In this document: piece after piece, positions 60,538 to 64,000 of the stretch
Layout of the letters: each line of letters begins with the position of its first letter
Position numbering within the stretch: the first letter of the stretch is position 1
Assembly (NCBI GenBank): GCA_048013815.1
Contig: CM106586.1
Coordinates: 23,002,001 to 23,066,000 of the forward strand
DNA length: 64,000 bases
Origin: Setoptus koraiensis
Taxonomy: Eukaryota > Animalia > Arthropoda
Reading direction: 5' to 3'
Notes under the pieces: model-generated
The model's database searches: none
What the model was told of the DNA's origin: nothing
The model's input: only the letters and a program-made list of their open reading frames with translations
Position numbers and translations under genes: made by a program

Positions 60538-63020
60538 AGGAATGGCACCAAACGGCACCAGACAGCAAGCCGTTGTGCCGGCTTATAAATTATTTTGATC
60601 GCTCTTTATCAGTTGACAGTAATCTGATCAGCGATCAGTGATCAGTTTCTCGGCTTCTCTCATCAAGGAAGTGATCGGATGCAGATAGTCGCTCCATCTA
60701 GTTGATGGCGCCACTAATAGACACTTGCGAGAATGAGACTCTCAGACTGAGAGTGAGCCGTTGATCTGAGAGCTGGTGGGCCGGCTGGCAGCGCCAGCCA
60801 ATGCCAGCCAAATGAACGAGACGAGCCGAAACGGTAAATTGGTTGTTTGTCGAGCGCAACGGAAGTAGCTAACAGCATCATTAGATGCTCTATGATGATA
60901 GGCACGCAGACAATCAATGATGCATCATGACGAGATTGCACATGAGATAAGTGAGCAACAAGTGTGAGTCGCTTCAAGTGGCTTGGCTTCGTTTCGCCAA
61001 GCAGCCAGCAAGCATCATCATCAACTAATTACGTCGTTGCTTGTTTGTTTGCGCGCCCGCCCGCATAAACACCGGAAATGAAGGCTCTCAACTGGCATAA
61101 CTGTCTGCTCAATTGGCGATGATTGATCACGTTGTTGTTGTTGTTGTTGTTGTCGTTGTCGTTGTAGATTACATGTTGTTGTCTAGCTCATGCCGCTAAT
61201 AGATTTGTGTGTGACTTGTTGTGCAACATGATCGATTCTTTGTTCAATGTGCGGCGGCTTGTCATCAAGTCAATTGAGTGCCTGTTATGATTGCCTGAGA
61301 TGATTGGGACAACTCTCAGCAAGCATCTCGCACACAATTCTCAATTTTAAAATCTGCCAAATTTATGATGAATTCAAATGCAAAATTGCAAAGGCAACGC
61401 TGCTCACAACAATATCTGAGCGATTCATATTTGTGGCCGCCTACGCGTGCGACGAGCTTTTGCTTCAGACAATCGCGAGTCGCGAGTTGCGATTCGCGAA
61501 TTCCAATGCCGTTGCCGTTTGCGATGACGTGCGTCGCCAGACGGTGGCTACACGCCAGACATTGTGTGTCTAGCAGGCGAAAATAGCGGCGACGAGCAGC
61601 AACAGTAACAACAACAGCAACAACAACAGCAACAACAACAGTAACAACAACAACAACGACGACGACAAAAGCAATCGGCGATGACGTAGCCACTCGTCGT
61701 CGGTTGCATTGTTGTGCAGTCTTGCCACTCTCATTCACCTTGTAACCTCCATTTGCGTCTATTTACGATAAATTCACTCGTTCATATTGCTACAACAATT
61801 TGCTACAACGGTCGACACATCGAGCACTCGCAACCAACAATGTAAGTCAAACAACGCGATGTCGTCATCGGCGGCTCGTTCGCTCAATTGGCCACTCAAT
61901 CTTGTTGCCACTCGATGAATTGCCGCTCACCTGTTGCCGCCCAAAGTAACGAGCTTGCCAATTGGCAAGGTGAACAGTGACAGCGACTGCACCATCAGCC
62001 AGAGACACATCAGTAGCGTCTGGCTGCATTGAGATATTCCGATCTGACAATGTGATCGCAGTCGCCGTCTCGATGCGGGCCACACACGAGCCAAGGCGCG
62101 CACGCAACAATGTAACGGATTATCCGCAACACGGTGGATAAGTGCGAAAAAATGTTTCGCAACATCTCGCAAAGTGCCGGCCGGCCGACAAGTGCGTCTC
62201 GCTTAACTCGCGTTTGCGCTCGCTGTTGTGACGACGCTGTTGTGACGCCCGACACTGTCGACATAACGGTGGCATTATTGTGTCGTTGTGGCATTGTCAG
62301 TGCGAGCCATTGTAATACAACGATTGTATCATTGTGTCAAGAGGAGAGCGTGACGCAACAGCGCATACACTTGTCACTGTTGCAACTGTTGTAACGGCCC
62401 GCTCCTGTTTTGCATTTGCACTTGGCGTCGTTGCACTTCTCGTCGCCAGGCGGCCAACATAACATCGGCGCCCGCATCGCAAACCCGGCCTCATCACTTG
62501 ACAGTTTGGCCCGGCGTCGCTTGCCAATTTGGCCTGGGCACGCTCAACAATTTCGCCTGGCCACGCTTGGCAATTTGCCAACAATTTGGCTGGCTGACTG
62601 TGCAATTGGCGGCCAATTATTGGCCCACTTGACAACCGGCGGATCGCCGGTATGTGCAAATATCTGTCGGATGTTTGCTGCTCACTGCACGCACCGCTGT
62701 AGCCACCATGATCGCGCCACGGTTGCCGTGCTCGCTGAGCTGCGTGGGAGTCACGCAGTTCGGCGGATATTCGCGGATATTCGCAAACATTGGCGGATAT
62801 TGGCGAGCGCTCTCAAATCATTTGAGTCAAATGCTCGCACATGTTGGCATCTCGGGTGTCACATGTGCTCACAGTGAGAGCCAGTCTTGACAGCATTTAT
62901 CTCGATTGTGACGCCGGTGGCGATGGCGCCAAATAGAGCGCGCAAATCGTTTCCGGCGATGCCGTCAATAACGAAGGCAGACTGATAAAAAATGCATTTA
63001 TCACTTGGGTTGTCGCGGCA

Positions 63021-63085
63021 GCCGGCCGACTGACCGGCCGACTGACCAGCCGACTGACCAGCCGACTGACTAGCTGACTAGCTGG
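63021..63085. repeat. 12-bp tandem repeat (GCCGACTGACC[G/A]), about 4 copies
   Basis: Directly visible. Confidence 0.85.
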
Positions 63086-64000
63086 CGATACTGGCGATCA
63101 GCTGATATGATCGCTGGCAAAACCGCTATATTTGCATCGGCAAGCAGCACACAACTTTGGCACACACTTTTGACACACGTTTAGCCAACGCGACCTTGCC
63201 CACTGAGCCACTCACCTGGCCTGGCTAGCTCACCTGGCTCACCCAGCTCGCTTAGCTCATCAAGCTCGTCAAGCTCATCGGGCTCACCTGGCGCGCAGCT
63301 CCAAACACTGGAGCCATGCAACATTGTTGCGCAACCAGTGGCTGCACAGTGGCCGCCTAGCTGACTGACAATTGTGAGAGCCGGCTGACAGTGTCACAGG
63401 TGAGTCACAAGTCAGTGGGCAAGGTGACAGCAGCGTAAGAGGAAACTGCAAGCGACAACCGTTATTTCCGTGTGTACAAGATTTAATAATAATGTCAAGG
63501 TATGTCAACTTGTGCCCCACTGGGTGTGTTTGTTTCTGGCCACGAGAGGGCGCTGCTCGACGCTCAATACTCGCAACAGTGGTCACAAGCTCGACAATTG
63601 TGAGCCGCCAGTACGCGCTCACAATTCAGTCAGTACCCCGTGACCCGTTATCCCGTGCTCACCTGTCGCCTGCAACAGGTGAGCACGTACAAACTGCCAG
63701 CTATGCTAACTGTAATTATTATCAGTAATGAACTATATGTTACATGTGTGTGTGTGTGTGTCATTATACATACACAAACATACTGTTAGTATATTGCGCA
63801 ATGCTCGCAATCTGCCAACAGGTACAGGTGCAATATAAAATAATAGCGTCGTGTGTTTTAGCGGCTATTAACGGCAACGGGCAGCGATGGGCACGAACGG
63901 TCGCGCCGGCCGAGGCCAACGAACAGATCATGATTGGAATACTAAATTAGCCACACTAATACCGTTAATCTGTTCGTCCGTTTATTTGCTGCTCGTCGCT

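Noticed and set aside
63654-63687. Perfect 13-bp stem with an 8-nt loop (CGTGCTCACCTGT...ACAGGTGAGCACG)
   Set aside because: Too short for a pre-miRNA or MITE, single copy, and with no target-site duplication.
60200-64000. Many 60-155 aa ORFs, tested as upstream transglutaminase exons
   Set aside because: No transglutaminase core motifs; they derive from GC-rich or repeat sequence with overlapping frames on both strands.
1-64000. CRISPR arrays, tRNA/rRNA/snRNA genes, canonical miRNAs and transposase or reverse-transcriptase ORFs
   Set aside because: None were recognised by eye. The tandem repeats lack unique spacers. tRNAscan-SE, Infernal and RepeatMasker would be needed to exclude them formally.

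Overview
This is eukaryotic (animal) genomic DNA from a compact, intron-poor arthropod genome. An acariform mite such as an eriophyoid is my inference from gene content, intron loss and AAC/CAA-repeat style; it is not proven. Recognisable genes in order: Ptp10D-type receptor PTP (-, one >4.4 kb exon running off the left edge); an orphan secreted Cys-rich protein (+); a secreted mucin-like chitin-binding (CBM14) protein (-, 3 exons) with a decayed copy of its 3' end; COMMD3 (-) head-to-head with PCGF3 (+); an acatalytic carbonic anhydrase-related protein (+, 6 exons); FABP; a miniature Axin-like gene; ABHD4; USP36/42; SLC35B1; cyclin K; a class II PI3K pseudogene; an obstructor-type chitin-binding protein; a short PHGDH; SNRNP27; a 500-N gap; a ~3.1 kb inverted duplication carrying two identical tropomodulin genes; and the 3' exon of a transglutaminase. 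The most notable points are an Axin with no RGS domain, the tropomodulin palindrome with a divergence gradient, the decaying PI3K-C2 gene, the COMMD3-PCGF linkage and the orphan secreted protein. All family assignments rest on remembered motifs; no database search was run.
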